Of a DNA stretch of 64,000 nt, positions 20,134 to 29,431 are shown one piece after another. Position 1 is the first letter of the stretch; each line of letters begins with the position of its first letter. Source of the DNA: Methyloprofundus sedimenti (GTDB lineage Bacteria > Pseudomonadota > Gammaproteobacteria > Methylococcales > Methylomonadaceae). Both the position numbers and the translations under genes were made by a program. Under the pieces are notes generated by a model. The model ran no database searches. It had not been told where the DNA came from and saw only the letters and a list, made by a program, of their open reading frames with translations. The stretch lies in assembly GCF_002072955.1 (NCBI RefSeq), contig NZ_LPUF01000001.1, forward strand, positions 764,896-828,895, written 5' to 3'.

Positions 20134-23100
20134 ATGCATATAAAACACATCTCACTATTAGCAGCGCTTCTTTTATTTAGTTCATTTAATGTCAGTGCTT
20201 TGAGTATTGGAGGGAATACTGGTCCCATTAAGACAGATCCAGCACCAGCCAATAGCTTTCCAGATGCCAATGATGATCATAATTCTACAGTAGTGATTTC
20301 TAATACTTCTGCATCCGGCGACGTTAGCGCTAATGATTTTTACGCTACTAGCTTTACCTTGGGAGGGTCATGGGTCGGTACTTATGGGCTTATCACCGCA
20401 TTCGATTCAAATGGTGAATATACTTATGAGCTTTTTGATGGCACTACTAATGATAGCTTACCTTCAAACGGTATTGGAACTGACCGTTTTCAATATACTT
20501 GTCTAAACGCAACAGGAAACTCTGATGCAGCATGGCTTATCATTGATGTTCGAGCTAGTCAGATCAAACCTCCAGTCGCTCAAGATGATTATAATTCTAC
20601 CGTTGTCAACGTTTTAACATCCGCAACAGGCAATGTAGGGGATAATGATCTTAATGGAAGCATATTCACATTAAATGGTTCAAAAACAGGACAATATGGT
20701 CTGCTTACCTCTTTCACTTCAACAGGTGCATATACCTACGAACTTTACGTCAACACTAATAGCTCTAATTTGCCAGCTAGCGGTGTAGCGACTGATGTTT
20801 TTACCTATACTTATGCAAACGAAAATGGCGTTACAGATACCGCTACGCTGTTTATAGATATCAGTGCAAACCCTGCTAAACCAATCGCCAACGATGACAG
20901 AGATTCCACTATTGTCGGTGTATCAACATCTGTAACAGGCAATGTTAGTATTAATGATCATTATGGAAGCAACTACTTTCTCCTGGATTCAAAAGTAGGT
21001 CAATATGGCTTTCTTACTTCTTTCTCTTCGACCGGTGAATATACCTACGAGCTTTACGCGAGTACTGACAATTTCAGACTACCTTCTAATGGCGTTGCCA
21101 ACGAACATTTCAAATATACCTATGCAAATGAAAGTGGCCTTACGGTTACCGCATGGCTGGTTATAGATGTCAATCCTAATCCTAATCAGCCTATTGCAAA
21201 TGATGACTATATATCTACTATTGCTGGCGTATATACTATTGCAGAAGGCAATGTTGGAATTAATGACCGTTATGGCAGCATCTTTACACTCGAGACCTCA
21301 TGGACGGGGAAATATGGATCGATCACCTTTTTCGATTCGGAAGGCAAGTATACTTATGAACTTTTCGAAGGCACTGATAGTACCAAACTGCCTGCTGATG
21401 GAGTGGGTATTGACCGTTTCAGATACACTTATTCAAATGCCCAGGGCTCAAGCGACACAGCCTGGCTAATTATAGATGTCAGCTCTAACACAACCTTACC
21501 TATCGCTGAAGATGATTTTAATTCTGCCGTAATAGGTTTTCATACAGTGGCAACAGGTAATGTAACAGACAATGACCGTTACGGGTCTATCGCTACACTC
21601 TATGACTCCGGCACCGGTTTATATGGTACGATCACTTCCTTTTCTGCAACCGGTGCATATACTTACACTCTTTTTGAAGACGCTGACCTTACATTACCTG
21701 CTGGCGAAGTCGCAAGGGAGCGCTTCTTATATATTTATTCCAATGCACAAGGTTTAAGTGATTCGGCATGGCTAACCATTGAAGTAAGCGCCAATCCAGT
21801 CCAGCCTAAAGCACCTATCGCTAATGATGATTATATTTCTACTGTCATTGGCTTATATCCCACTGCCACCGGAAATGTCAGTAACAATGATTTTTATGGC
21901 AGCATTTACTCGCTTGATCAATCATGGTTAGGTCAATACGGTGCGATCACTGCATTTAACTCAGAGGGCGAATTTACCTACACGCTTTATGACAGTACCA
22001 CTATTGCCAGTCTACCAGCCGACGGCGTTGGTATTGATAGTTTTACCTATACTTATGCTAATGACAAGGGGATAACAGCTAACGCCCGGATTATTATCGA
22101 TGTACGAGGTAACCCTACCCATCCTATCGCTAATGATGATTATATTTCTACAGTCGTTAACACGCTTACTACGGCAACCGGTAATGCTAGTATCAATGAT
22201 CTTTATGGTTCTATCTATACGCTACCCGGCTCATGGGTCGGCCAATATGGCTCGATTACCTCATTTAACTCTGATGGAACATTTAGCTACCAACTTTTCG
22301 CAAGTACGAGTAATGAAAGTTTGCCGGTTGATGGTCCCGGAATTGAGCGCTTTCAATATACTTTAGCTAATGCAAAAGGCATCACTGATACTGCCTGGAT
22401 TATCATAGATGTCCAGCCTGACCCTGCGCAAGCAAATACGCCTATTGCGAATGCGGATCAAGCCTCTGTGGTCATTAATGCTCGTCCGACGGTATCTGGT
22501 AATGTGATTGATAATGACCGGTATGGCACCATAGTCAATTTCACTGGATCATCGACAGGAAAATATGGCTTTCTTGACGCCTCAGGTACATCCGGTCAGT
22601 TTACCTATCAGTTATTTCCGAGTACCACTAATATAGACTTACCTGCTACAGGAACTGACACAGAAACATTTCCCTATACACTTTCAGATATTGATGGCAA
22701 AACAGATACATCTATATTACTGATTAATGTCACTGCCGACCCTAGTGGCTCTGACACACTGATTGCAAGAGATGATCATGCAACTTATATTTCCAACAAG
22801 ACCTTATCACTGGCAGGCGATGTCACCCTTAACGATTCAAATGGTGATTATGTAGTCCTTACCAGTCCGCCAAGCACTGAATATGGTCGCATTGTATTAC
22901 AGTCCAACGGTAGCTACATTTATGAGTTGTATGAAACATCATTCAGCGTTATTAAATTAAAAGCCGGTGAAGTCGTGACAGACGAATATATTTACCAATA
23001 TTTCACCAACGCAGGAGCAAGTGCAACAGCTAAACTCATTGTTCAAATTATCGGCAACCCTGTTGATGCAGATGGCAATACTATTTTTGAGAATCCATTT

Positions 23101-24144
23101 GATGAACCTTATGATAATGTTGATGTGGAATTTAACGACAGTTCTGGAGAGGCCACACCGCTTAATTCAGGCAGAAATATCAAAGGCCATCTGCATGAGC
23201 CAGGTGATAAAGACTGGTACTATCTAAATAGTGCGGGCAATGAGATTATTACGCTGGAGGTTTGCCCGGTAGGCACCAGTTGTTTTGGTAAAAAAAGCTG
23301 GGTACTTTATGTATTTGATAGCGCTGAAATCGCTGGCAAGGAAGCGGATACAGTTGCTTTGCATCGTTGGGTCGATGAAACAGGTACTAACAAAAATTTG
23401 ACTGGTTCCCCCATTATCAAATCAGTGGCGGGCGAATCAAACCATATGTACCTGGCTTATAAAAAGGGCTTTTTTGATGGTGCTTTGATAGGTATCGTAG
23501 ATCCTTGCTTTGATACTTTAAACGCCGTTGATATTGGTGTGGGTGATGGCGCAAAAGATTACTTTATTGCTATATCATCTCCTCTTAAAGGTGATTCAGG
23601 CGGTGCAGACTCGTGTGGAGAAGGTTCTGTTGTTTTAGAGCGGCCGGGACCACCAGCAGCAGGAAAGGATGCAGAAGACATTGCAAAAGTATATGCAACC
23701 ACTGAAGAGTATATTGAAGTTTTTCCATACAGTGACGACCAATATGCTATAAAAATCACTAGCACCGGGCTTCCTCCGTTATTAACAGACGCGGCAGCCT
23801 TAAGCTCTGCCACTTTTGACTCCAATACGGGCGCACTTGAGGTTCCTAAAGTGCGGGTTAATGATCAAGTATTTCAGGCTTCGTTGAATTTACAAGCTCA
23901 AGAGGCTCGTAGCGCTAACAATACGCTAAAATTTACTTTATCGGATATTGGCGCTCTAAACCTTGAAGAAATGCTAGATGCTTACCGCGCAACCTACAAC
24001 CCTGCAAACCAGCAGGTCTTGATTCCGCGAGTAACACATACAAATACCGGAGATGCCTATTCAGTTATTTTGCAATATCATGTTGGCAATAATGAAGGCG
24101 CTGATGCCTGGCTTGAAGCAATCAGTATTGTAAAAATTGAATAA
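20134..24144 (+). CDS. giant secreted adhesin-like protein with tandem VCBS/cadherin-like repeats and C-terminal PPC-like domain
   Basis: Likely start at MHIKHISLLAALLLFSSFNVSA (Sec signal). About 10 tandem 95-aa repeats (IANDDYISTV..TGNV..ND.YGS..TL..SW.GQYG.IT.F.S.G.YTY.L...LP..GVG.DRF.YTY.NA.G..DTAWLIIDV). C-terminal GHLHEPGDKDWYYLN motif typical of a pre-peptidase C-terminal (PPC) domain. Confidence 0.7.
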   Translation: MHIKHISLLAALLLFSSFNVSALSIGGNTGPIKTDPAPANSFPDANDDHNSTVVISNTSASGDVSANDFYATSFTLGGSWVGTYGLITAFDSNGEYTYELFDGTTNDSLPSNGIGTDRFQYTCLNATGNSDAAWLIIDVRASQIKPPVAQDDYNSTVVNVLTSATGNVGDNDLNGSIFTLNGSKTGQYGLLTSFTSTGAYTYELYVNTNSSNLPASGVATDVFTYTYANENGVTDTATLFIDISANPAKPIANDDRDSTIVGVSTSVTGNVSINDHYGSNYFLLDSKVGQYGFLTSFSSTGEYTYELYASTDNFRLPSNGVANEHFKYTYANESGLTVTAWLVIDVNPNPNQPIANDDYISTIAGVYTIAEGNVGINDRYGSIFTLETSWTGKYGSITFFDSEGKYTYELFEGTDSTKLPADGVGIDRFRYTYSNAQGSSDTAWLIIDVSSNTTLPIAEDDFNSAVIGFHTVATGNVTDNDRYGSIATLYDSGTGLYGTITSFSATGAYTYTLFEDADLTLPAGEVARERFLYIYSNAQGLSDSAWLTIEVSANPVQPKAPIANDDYISTVIGLYPTATGNVSNNDFYGSIYSLDQSWLGQYGAITAFNSEGEFTYTLYDSTTIASLPADGVGIDSFTYTYANDKGITANARIIIDVRGNPTHPIANDDYISTVVNTLTTATGNASINDLYGSIYTLPGSWVGQYGSITSFNSDGTFSYQLFASTSNESLPVDGPGIERFQYTLANAKGITDTAWIIIDVQPDPAQANTPIANADQASVVINARPTVSGNVIDNDRYGTIVNFTGSSTGKYGFLDASGTSGQFTYQLFPSTTNIDLPATGTDTETFPYTLSDIDGKTDTSILLINVTADPSGSDTLIARDDHATYISNKTLSLAGDVTLNDSNGDYVVLTSPPSTEYGRIVLQSNGSYIYELYETSFSVIKLKAGEVVTDEYIYQYFTNAGASATAKLIVQIIGNPVDADGNTIFENPFDEPYDNVDVEFNDSSGEATPLNSGRNIKGHLHEPGDKDWYYLNSAGNEIITLEVCPVGTSCFGKKSWVLYVFDSAEIAGKEADTVALHRWVDETGTNKNLTGSPIIKSVAGESNHMYLAYKKGFFDGALIGIVDPCFDTLNAVDIGVGDGAKDYFIAISSPLKGDSGGADSCGEGSVVLERPGPPAAGKDAEDIAKVYATTEEYIEVFPYSDDQYAIKITSTGLPPLLTDAAALSSATFDSNTGALEVPKVRVNDQVFQASLNLQAQEARSANNTLKFTLSDIGALNLEEMLDAYRATYNPANQQVLIPRVTHTNTGDAYSVILQYHVGNNEGADAWLEAISIVKIE
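20270..23040 (+). repeat. in-frame tandem coding repeats (about 285 nt unit, about 10 copies) inside the adhesin gene
   Basis: Repeated motif aatgatgattatatttctac... and the recurring protein motif above. Not CRISPR-like: the units are coding and variable. Confidence 0.6.
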
Positions 24145-24500
24145 ATACCAACGGTATACTCCGGGCGGTGACGGTTGTGCTGTTCTAACACTAGAAAACC
24201 GCAATCGTGGCCGTGCGAAGTATCACTAAATCGCCTTGTTCTTTTCCGGCAGGCAAGTTTATTAAATATATTGTATAAGCAGTTTTTAGCCTTGTTTATT
24301 TATTGTTCACGACTAAAAACTGCTCCAGCAATTGTAATAACCTCTCTACCCAACGCGTCTTGAACTGAGCAACCTGTGTAAGCTATTGACTCTAAAGTCT
24401 GTCGCTGTTAATCTCAGAGGGCGCTCTGTAATATTATCTCTTTGGTGACTTTCCTGGTTAATCTTTTCTACTTTCAGAACACCGGAACTCAGTCTAATAA

Positions 24501-24678
24501 AATCAAAAGCTTACTGACTTTTCAAGATAATAAGGTGAGACTTAAATGCGTAGGTTGGTGCTGAGCTTGCGAAGCCCAACAGGATATTTCGCCGAATTTG
24601 TTGGGCTTCGTGCCTCAGCGCCAACCTACATTAAGCTTACAGGCTATCAAGTTATTTTCCGTGAGATCAGGTTGTCTG
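24501..24678 (+). repeat. 178-nt structured intergenic repeat element, copy A (candidate ncRNA/MITE-like)
   Basis: About 93% identical to 43199-43377 in the same orientation. Contains a long imperfect hairpin (gcgtaggttggtgctgagc...gctcagcgccaacctac, with inner stem gcgaagcccaacag/ctgttgggcttcg). Confidence 0.6.
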
Positions 24679-24806
24679 ACTTTATAGCGATACTTGTACT
24701 CATTGATTTTCCTGATTCCCCAGCAATTCACAGCTAATTTCCGCAGGTCAACTATACCTGTATCATGGGCCTTGAACTCAAGCAGTGTTTGAAGGCTATT
24801 CAAGTT

Positions 24807-25583
24807 CTATTTCCGATCTAATTCCATAAATCCATGCAGTCCGCGTTTGGATTTGATGGCCAGCCATTGCTTTAAATATTTTATTTCTTCGGTATTCTCA
24901 AGGTGCTCAATACTTGCATTTTGCCTAAGCAATCTAAAAGCGCTAGAAATGATTTTATAACGATCGCCTGTAATTCCGGCGCGTTTTAAGCCTAAGGTGT
25001 TTAAACGGTAATGTTTGGCTGGATAGCCTGCAATTAAACAAAAGGGAATAACATCTTTATTAAGTCCTGTTGTACCCTGAACAATGGCATAAGAGCCGAT
25101 TCGGCAAAACTGGTGAGCAACAACACTGCCTCCCATAAAGACTCTGTCACCAATTTGGACAAAACCGCCTATGGCCACATTATTGGCAAAGATAGTGTGA
25201 TTGCCTATCTGGCAATCATGGGCAACATGACTGTTATTCATAAAAAAACAGTTTGAGCCGATGCGGGTAATGCCATTTACTTCCGAGGCTCTATGTGCAG
25301 TAAAGCCTTCTCTAAACGTGTTATTGTCGCCTATTTCCAGCCAGGAAATTGTTTCTTCTTTAAAGCTGGTGTCTTGTGGCAAGTCGCCTAACACGACATG
25401 GGGATGTACTGTATTGCCTGTACCCATTTTAGTGTAGGGACGGATGACAGCATGGGGTCCAATTTTACAATTATCGCCAATTTGAGTATGGTTTTCGATA
25501 ACGGCAAAAGGGCCGACAGTAACATTTTCGCCTATGCTGGCGTGTTCTGCGATATAGGCACTAGGGTGGATGTTTTGCGTCAT
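24807..25583 (-). CDS. lpxA: UDP-N-acetylglucosamine O-acyltransferase
   Basis: Hexapeptide repeats plus LpxA-specific motifs (HVAHDCQIGN, VHQFCRIG) and a C-terminal helical domain (GLNTLGLKRAG). Located downstream of xerD, outside a canonical lpxD-fabZ-lpxA-lpxB context. Confidence 0.8.
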   Translation of the reverse strand: MTQNIHPSAYIAEHASIGENVTVGPFAVIENHTQIGDNCKIGPHAVIRPYTKMGTGNTVHPHVVLGDLPQDTSFKEETISWLEIGDNNTFREGFTAHRASEVNGITRIGSNCFFMNNSHVAHDCQIGNHTIFANNVAIGGFVQIGDRVFMGGSVVAHQFCRIGSYAIVQGTTGLNKDVIPFCLIAGYPAKHYRLNTLGLKRAGITGDRYKIISSAFRLLRQNASIEHLENTEEIKYLKQWLAIKSKRGLHGFMELDRK

Positions 25584-25590
25584 TTAGATG

Positions 25591-26475
25591 TTAGCCTCGT
25601 GGATGATAGTGTGAATGTAGATCTTTTAATCGCTCATTGGCGATATGGGTATAAATTTGAGTGGTGGACAAGTCACTATGACCCAATAAGAGTTGTACAA
25701 CGCGTAAGTCAGCGCCGTGATTTAATAAGTGTGTAGCAAAGGCATGGCGGAGTGTATGTGGCGATAGCTCTTTGCTGATGTCTGCCTTTTTTGCATAGCG
25801 TTTGATGATATGCCAAAATGCCTGGCGCGTCATGCCTGTGCCCCTGTTGGTCACAAAAACAACATTGCAGGGACGCTCGGACAACAACGCTTTGCGGCTA
25901 TGTTGCATATATTCTTCCAGGCAATCCATAGCTTGTTCGCCAATGGGGGTCAGGCGTTCTTTATTGCCTTTGCCTGTGATGCGTAATACCCCCATGCGTA
26001 GATTAATCTGATGGGTTGTTAATGAGACGAGCTCTGAGACACGCAAGCCAGTTGCATAGAGCATTTCCAGCATGGCTTTGTCGCGAGAGCCTAATACCGA
26101 ACTAGGTTCTGGAGCGTTAAGCAGTAACTCAACATCGTGCTCAGATAAAGACCCAGGTAACCGGCGCCCAATGCGTGGAGTATCTATTAAAGCGGTAGGG
26201 TCGGAGTCAATATGATTTTCGCGTTGCAAATAAGTGTAGAAGCGCCTCAGGCTAGATAAAATTCTAGCTGAAGAACGCGAGCTAATGCCTTGCTCATAGC
26301 GTTGGCTGAGAAACAAGGCTATATCACTATTGCTGGCCTGATTTAAAGGCTTTTTAGCTAAACTTTTGTTGAAAATACGTAAGTCACTGGCATAAGCGCT
26401 CAGGGTGTTTTTACTTAGACCGTTTTCTACCCACAGGGCATCGATAAAGGCATCAATTAGCTGCTTAGATGTCAT
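25591..26475 (-). CDS. xerD: site-specific tyrosine recombinase XerD
   Basis: Colinear with E. coli XerD. Catalytic R..HxxR..Y motif (LRHAFATHLLNHGADLRVVQLLLGHSDLSTTQIYTH). Confidence 0.85.
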   Translation of the reverse strand: MTSKQLIDAFIDALWVENGLSKNTLSAYASDLRIFNKSLAKKPLNQASNSDIALFLSQRYEQGISSRSSARILSSLRRFYTYLQRENHIDSDPTALIDTPRIGRRLPGSLSEHDVELLLNAPEPSSVLGSRDKAMLEMLYATGLRVSELVSLTTHQINLRMGVLRITGKGNKERLTPIGEQAMDCLEEYMQHSRKALLSERPCNVVFVTNRGTGMTRQAFWHIIKRYAKKADISKELSPHTLRHAFATHLLNHGADLRVVQLLLGHSDLSTTQIYTHIANERLKDLHSHYHPRG

Positions 26476-26983
26476 GAATCAACATTTTTTCATGTTGTAA
26501 AAGCGCTGCTTTTATTTTCACCAGCTTTCCTGTGCTTGCTCCGGCATAGCCACCGATACCTGTCATGGCAAGTACCCGGTGGCAAGGAATAATAACCGGG
26601 AACGGGTTTTGGCGGCAGGCATTAGCTAATGCTCTGGGGGAGGTATCTAATTCCTTGGCTAGTTCACCATACGTTCTGGTCTGTCCTAGAGGAATTAGGC
26701 TCAGCGCGCGCCAGACTTTGTGCTGAAACTCGGTGCCTTGTTGTAATAGAGCCGTGCTGATGGCTATTTTACCGGTTAACCAGTAGTGATTCAGTTGTTG
26801 TTCGAGTGCCGTGGGTGAGGCTCCCCTCTCAGCCTCTAGTGGAGGCGCTAAAAGCCATTGCAGCTTGCATAACAGCTTGCCTCGCATCTGTATTGCCAGC
26901 GAACCTGCAGGGGTGGTGTAGCAATACGTTAGCAGCGGTTCTGGTTTTTCTAGCGTCTGCCAGTTTAGTTGAGAATGAGACAT
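26465..26983 (-). CDS. ogt: methylated-DNA--protein-cysteine methyltransferase
   Basis: Active-site PCHRV motif (IIPCHRVLAMTGIGGYAG). Confidence 0.8.
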   Translation of the reverse strand: MSHSQLNWQTLEKPEPLLTYCYTTPAGSLAIQMRGKLLCKLQWLLAPPLEAERGASPTALEQQLNHYWLTGKIAISTALLQQGTEFQHKVWRALSLIPLGQTRTYGELAKELDTSPRALANACRQNPFPVIIPCHRVLAMTGIGGYAGASTGKLVKIKAALLQHEKMLIHDI

Positions 26984-26985
26984 TG

Positions 26986-28470
26986 TTAATCCAGAGATTT
27001 TTCCAGTGCTTCACAATAAGTTTTGATAACCTTGATTCGGGCAAAGCGTTTGTTATTTGCCTCAACTAAAGTCCATGGGGTGGTCTGTGAGCTGGTGCGG
27101 GCAACCATATCATTGACAGCAAGCGAATACTCATCCCATTTGTCGCGATTGCGGTAGTCCTCTTCAGTGATTTTGTGTTGTTTATAACTGATTTGCTCGC
27201 GTTGTTTAAAGCGGTGTAATTGTTCGTCTGGATCGATATGTAACCAGAATTTTAACAAAACAATGCCGTGATCAGTTAAGGCTTCTTCGAGGTTAGTGAT
27301 TTCAGAGTAAGCACGAGTCCATTCCTGTTCGCGGGCAAAACCTTCAACTCGTTCGACCAGCACCCGACCATACCAGCTGCGGTCATAAATGGTGATACGA
27401 CCGGCGCGCGGCATATGTCGCCAAAAACGCCATAAATAGTGTTGTACGCGTTCTTCATCGGTCGGGGCGGCAATGGAAATGACCTGATAGTTTCTGGCGT
27501 CAAGTGCATGCGTGAGGCGCCGGATTGCTCCTCCCTTGCCGCCTGCGTCCCAGCCTTCAAAAACCAGGATACTGGAAATCTTTTTCTGATGAGCAAGCCT
27601 TGCCAGCTTGTTAAGCTTGCCTTGATAAAAGTTTAATTGTTCATTGTATACTTTTTTATCTAATTCCAGGCTGAGGTCCAGTGAATCTAAAATTTTAGGT
27701 TGATTGCCATGAATGATCTGTGGAGATTGAGTTGGTTGAGGCATGCTTTGTATCAATTCATGCGTTTCGATATGTGCTTTAATTTTATCCAGAACATGTT
27801 GCCCTACAGTAAGACTACTGTAGCGGATATCACTGCCATCGATAATCCGCCAGGGGTTTTGTGTGCTACTGGTTTCTTTTAATACCGTTTCAGCGACACT
27901 GGCAAAGTCATCGTACATTTTTAGATGTTTTTTATCTCGTTCGGTAACTTGCCATGCTGTTTCGGGGTTCTTTTCCAGTAGTTTCAAGCGCTTTTTTTGT
28001 TGTTCTTTTTTTAAGTGTAACCAGCATTTTATGATTAATGTGCCGTCGTCAGCGAGTTCTTGCTCTAATTGCTTGATTTGCGTGAGTTGTAACTGTAAAT
28101 CAGTATCTGTTATATCATTGTGCACACGCAGAGCTATAGGGGCGCTATACCATGAGCCAACATAAATGCCTATTGTGCCTTTTGCGGGCATGGTACGCCA
28201 GAATCGCCAGAATTTGGGGCGCTCGAGTTCTTCATCACTAGGAGAGTCGTAGGCATTTGTGCGCATATAGCGAGGGTCTAGCCATTCATTAAGTAAATTA
28301 ATAACATCGCCTTTACCTCCGCCATCAACACCTGAAATTAAAATAATGACAGAAAAGTTATACGCGCTTAATTGCTGCTGTATGGTTAATAATTGCGTGC
28401 GTAAGGTGGGTACTTTTTCATTGTAGTCAGTTTTACTGACGGTGTGTCCTAATTCAGCGATTTCAAACAT
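26986..28470 (-). CDS. pap: two-domain PPK2-family polyphosphate:AMP/ADP phosphotransferase
   Basis: Two tandem PPK2 domains, each with a Walker A-like segment (ILISGVDGGGKG; LVFEGWDAGGKG). 494 aa. Confidence 0.8.
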   Translation of the reverse strand: MFEIAELGHTVSKTDYNEKVPTLRTQLLTIQQQLSAYNFSVIILISGVDGGGKGDVINLLNEWLDPRYMRTNAYDSPSDEELERPKFWRFWRTMPAKGTIGIYVGSWYSAPIALRVHNDITDTDLQLQLTQIKQLEQELADDGTLIIKCWLHLKKEQQKKRLKLLEKNPETAWQVTERDKKHLKMYDDFASVAETVLKETSSTQNPWRIIDGSDIRYSSLTVGQHVLDKIKAHIETHELIQSMPQPTQSPQIIHGNQPKILDSLDLSLELDKKVYNEQLNFYQGKLNKLARLAHQKKISSILVFEGWDAGGKGGAIRRLTHALDARNYQVISIAAPTDEERVQHYLWRFWRHMPRAGRITIYDRSWYGRVLVERVEGFAREQEWTRAYSEITNLEEALTDHGIVLLKFWLHIDPDEQLHRFKQREQISYKQHKITEEDYRNRDKWDEYSLAVNDMVARTSSQTTPWTLVEANNKRFARIKVIKTYCEALEKSLD

Positions 28471-28569
28471 AGCAGTGCTTTTTAGTTAGTTTATAAAGAG
28501 GAACAAGTACAGGTGTTTGCTACCAAGCCATTCAAGCCCTTATAATGACGCAATTTTAAATTAATCTCA

Positions 28570-29010
28570 ATGGGTAAGTCTTTGGAAAATTTTACACCTG
28601 TTTCTGCTTTGTCAGGAGGAGCATTAATTGGTTTAAGTGTAAGTTTGCTGCTTTTATTCAATGGCCGTATGGCGGGCATCAGCGGAATTATGAATGGAAT
28701 GTTTAGCGCCCCTAAAAAGGAAGAAATCTGGCGTGGTTTATTTCTAATGGGACTGATTCTCGGTGCATTTATATTCCAGTTACTGACTAATAATAGCTTG
28801 CAATTACGTCTTGGCTATCCGATCTTGCTAATTATTTTGGGTGGTTTCCTGGTCGGTTTTGGTACCAGAATGGGGAATGGATGTACTAGCGGGCATGGTA
28901 TTTGTGGTATTGCCACTTTTTCGCTCAGATCGATTGCTGCAACAATAACTTTTATGTTAAGCGGCATGATAACCGTTTTTATACTTAAGCACTTGCTAGG
29001 AGTTGCTTAA
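28570..29010 (+). CDS. YeeE/YedE family membrane protein (N-terminal half of split sulfur-compound transporter)
   Basis: Gly-rich TM helices and a conserved Cys region (GNGCTSGHGICG). Confidence 0.6.
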   Translation: MGKSLENFTPVSALSGGALIGLSVSLLLLFNGRMAGISGIMNGMFSAPKKEEIWRGLFLMGLILGAFIFQLLTNNSLQLRLGYPILLIILGGFLVGFGTRMGNGCTSGHGICGIATFSLRSIAATITFMLSGMITVFILKHLLGVA

Positions 29011-29423
29011 TGATAATCAATCTGATTGCATTACTGGCGGGAATTATTTTTGGCTTAGGTTTGGCTTTATCGCAAATGATTGATCCCAATAAAGTGTTGA
29101 ATTTTCTGGATGTAACAGGAGACTGGGACCCAAGCCTGGCCTTTGTTATGATCGGTGCGTTAGCGGTGACTATACTAAGCTTTCATTTTATTTTAAAGCG
29201 TTCTGCCCCGCTATTGGATTCTGGCTTTCATGTGACTAAACAAGTTATTATTAATAGGCCATTATTATTAGGCGCCGGACTTTTTGGCATAGGGTGGGGA
29301 ATGACCGGTTATTGCCCGGGGCCGGCAGTAGCAAGTTTAGGGCTGTTTTCAGTTGAAGGTATTGTTATGGTCATTGCCATCTACGCAGGTTTTTTTAGCC
29401 AGCGCTGGATAGCCAATAAATAA
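29010..29423 (+). CDS. YeeE/YedE family membrane protein (C-terminal half)
   Basis: Second YeeE/YedE-type half (GMTGYCPGPAV). Start overlaps the upstream stop. Confidence 0.6.
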   Translation: MIINLIALLAGIIFGLGLALSQMIDPNKVLNFLDVTGDWDPSLAFVMIGALAVTILSFHFILKRSAPLLDSGFHVTKQVIINRPLLLGAGLFGIGWGMTGYCPGPAVASLGLFSVEGIVMVIAIYAGFFSQRWIANK

Positions 29424-29431
29424 GTGCAGAA

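Noticed and set aside
20270-23040. Regular about 285-nt tandem repeats considered as a possible CRISPR-like or satellite array
   Set aside because: The units are in-frame coding repeats of one long ORF (protein-domain repeats). They have variable sequence and no short direct repeats alternating with unique spacers. Not CRISPR.
21167-23227. Several 60-100-aa ORFs (21167-21469, 21572-21757, 22100-22366, 23021-23227, 23559-23825) within the adhesin gene
   Set aside because: These are alternative frames of a long repetitive coding region. Their protein sequences are low-complexity with no start signals, and the main frame has consistent repeat and domain structure.
24546-24737. 63-aa ORF (MRRLVLSLRSPTGYFAEF...) inside repeat copy A
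   Set aside because: The homologous position in copy B (43244...) has an in-frame TAG at codon 8 despite about 93% nucleotide identity. It has no RBS. Conservation is at the nucleotide and structure level, so this is treated as a non-coding repeat.
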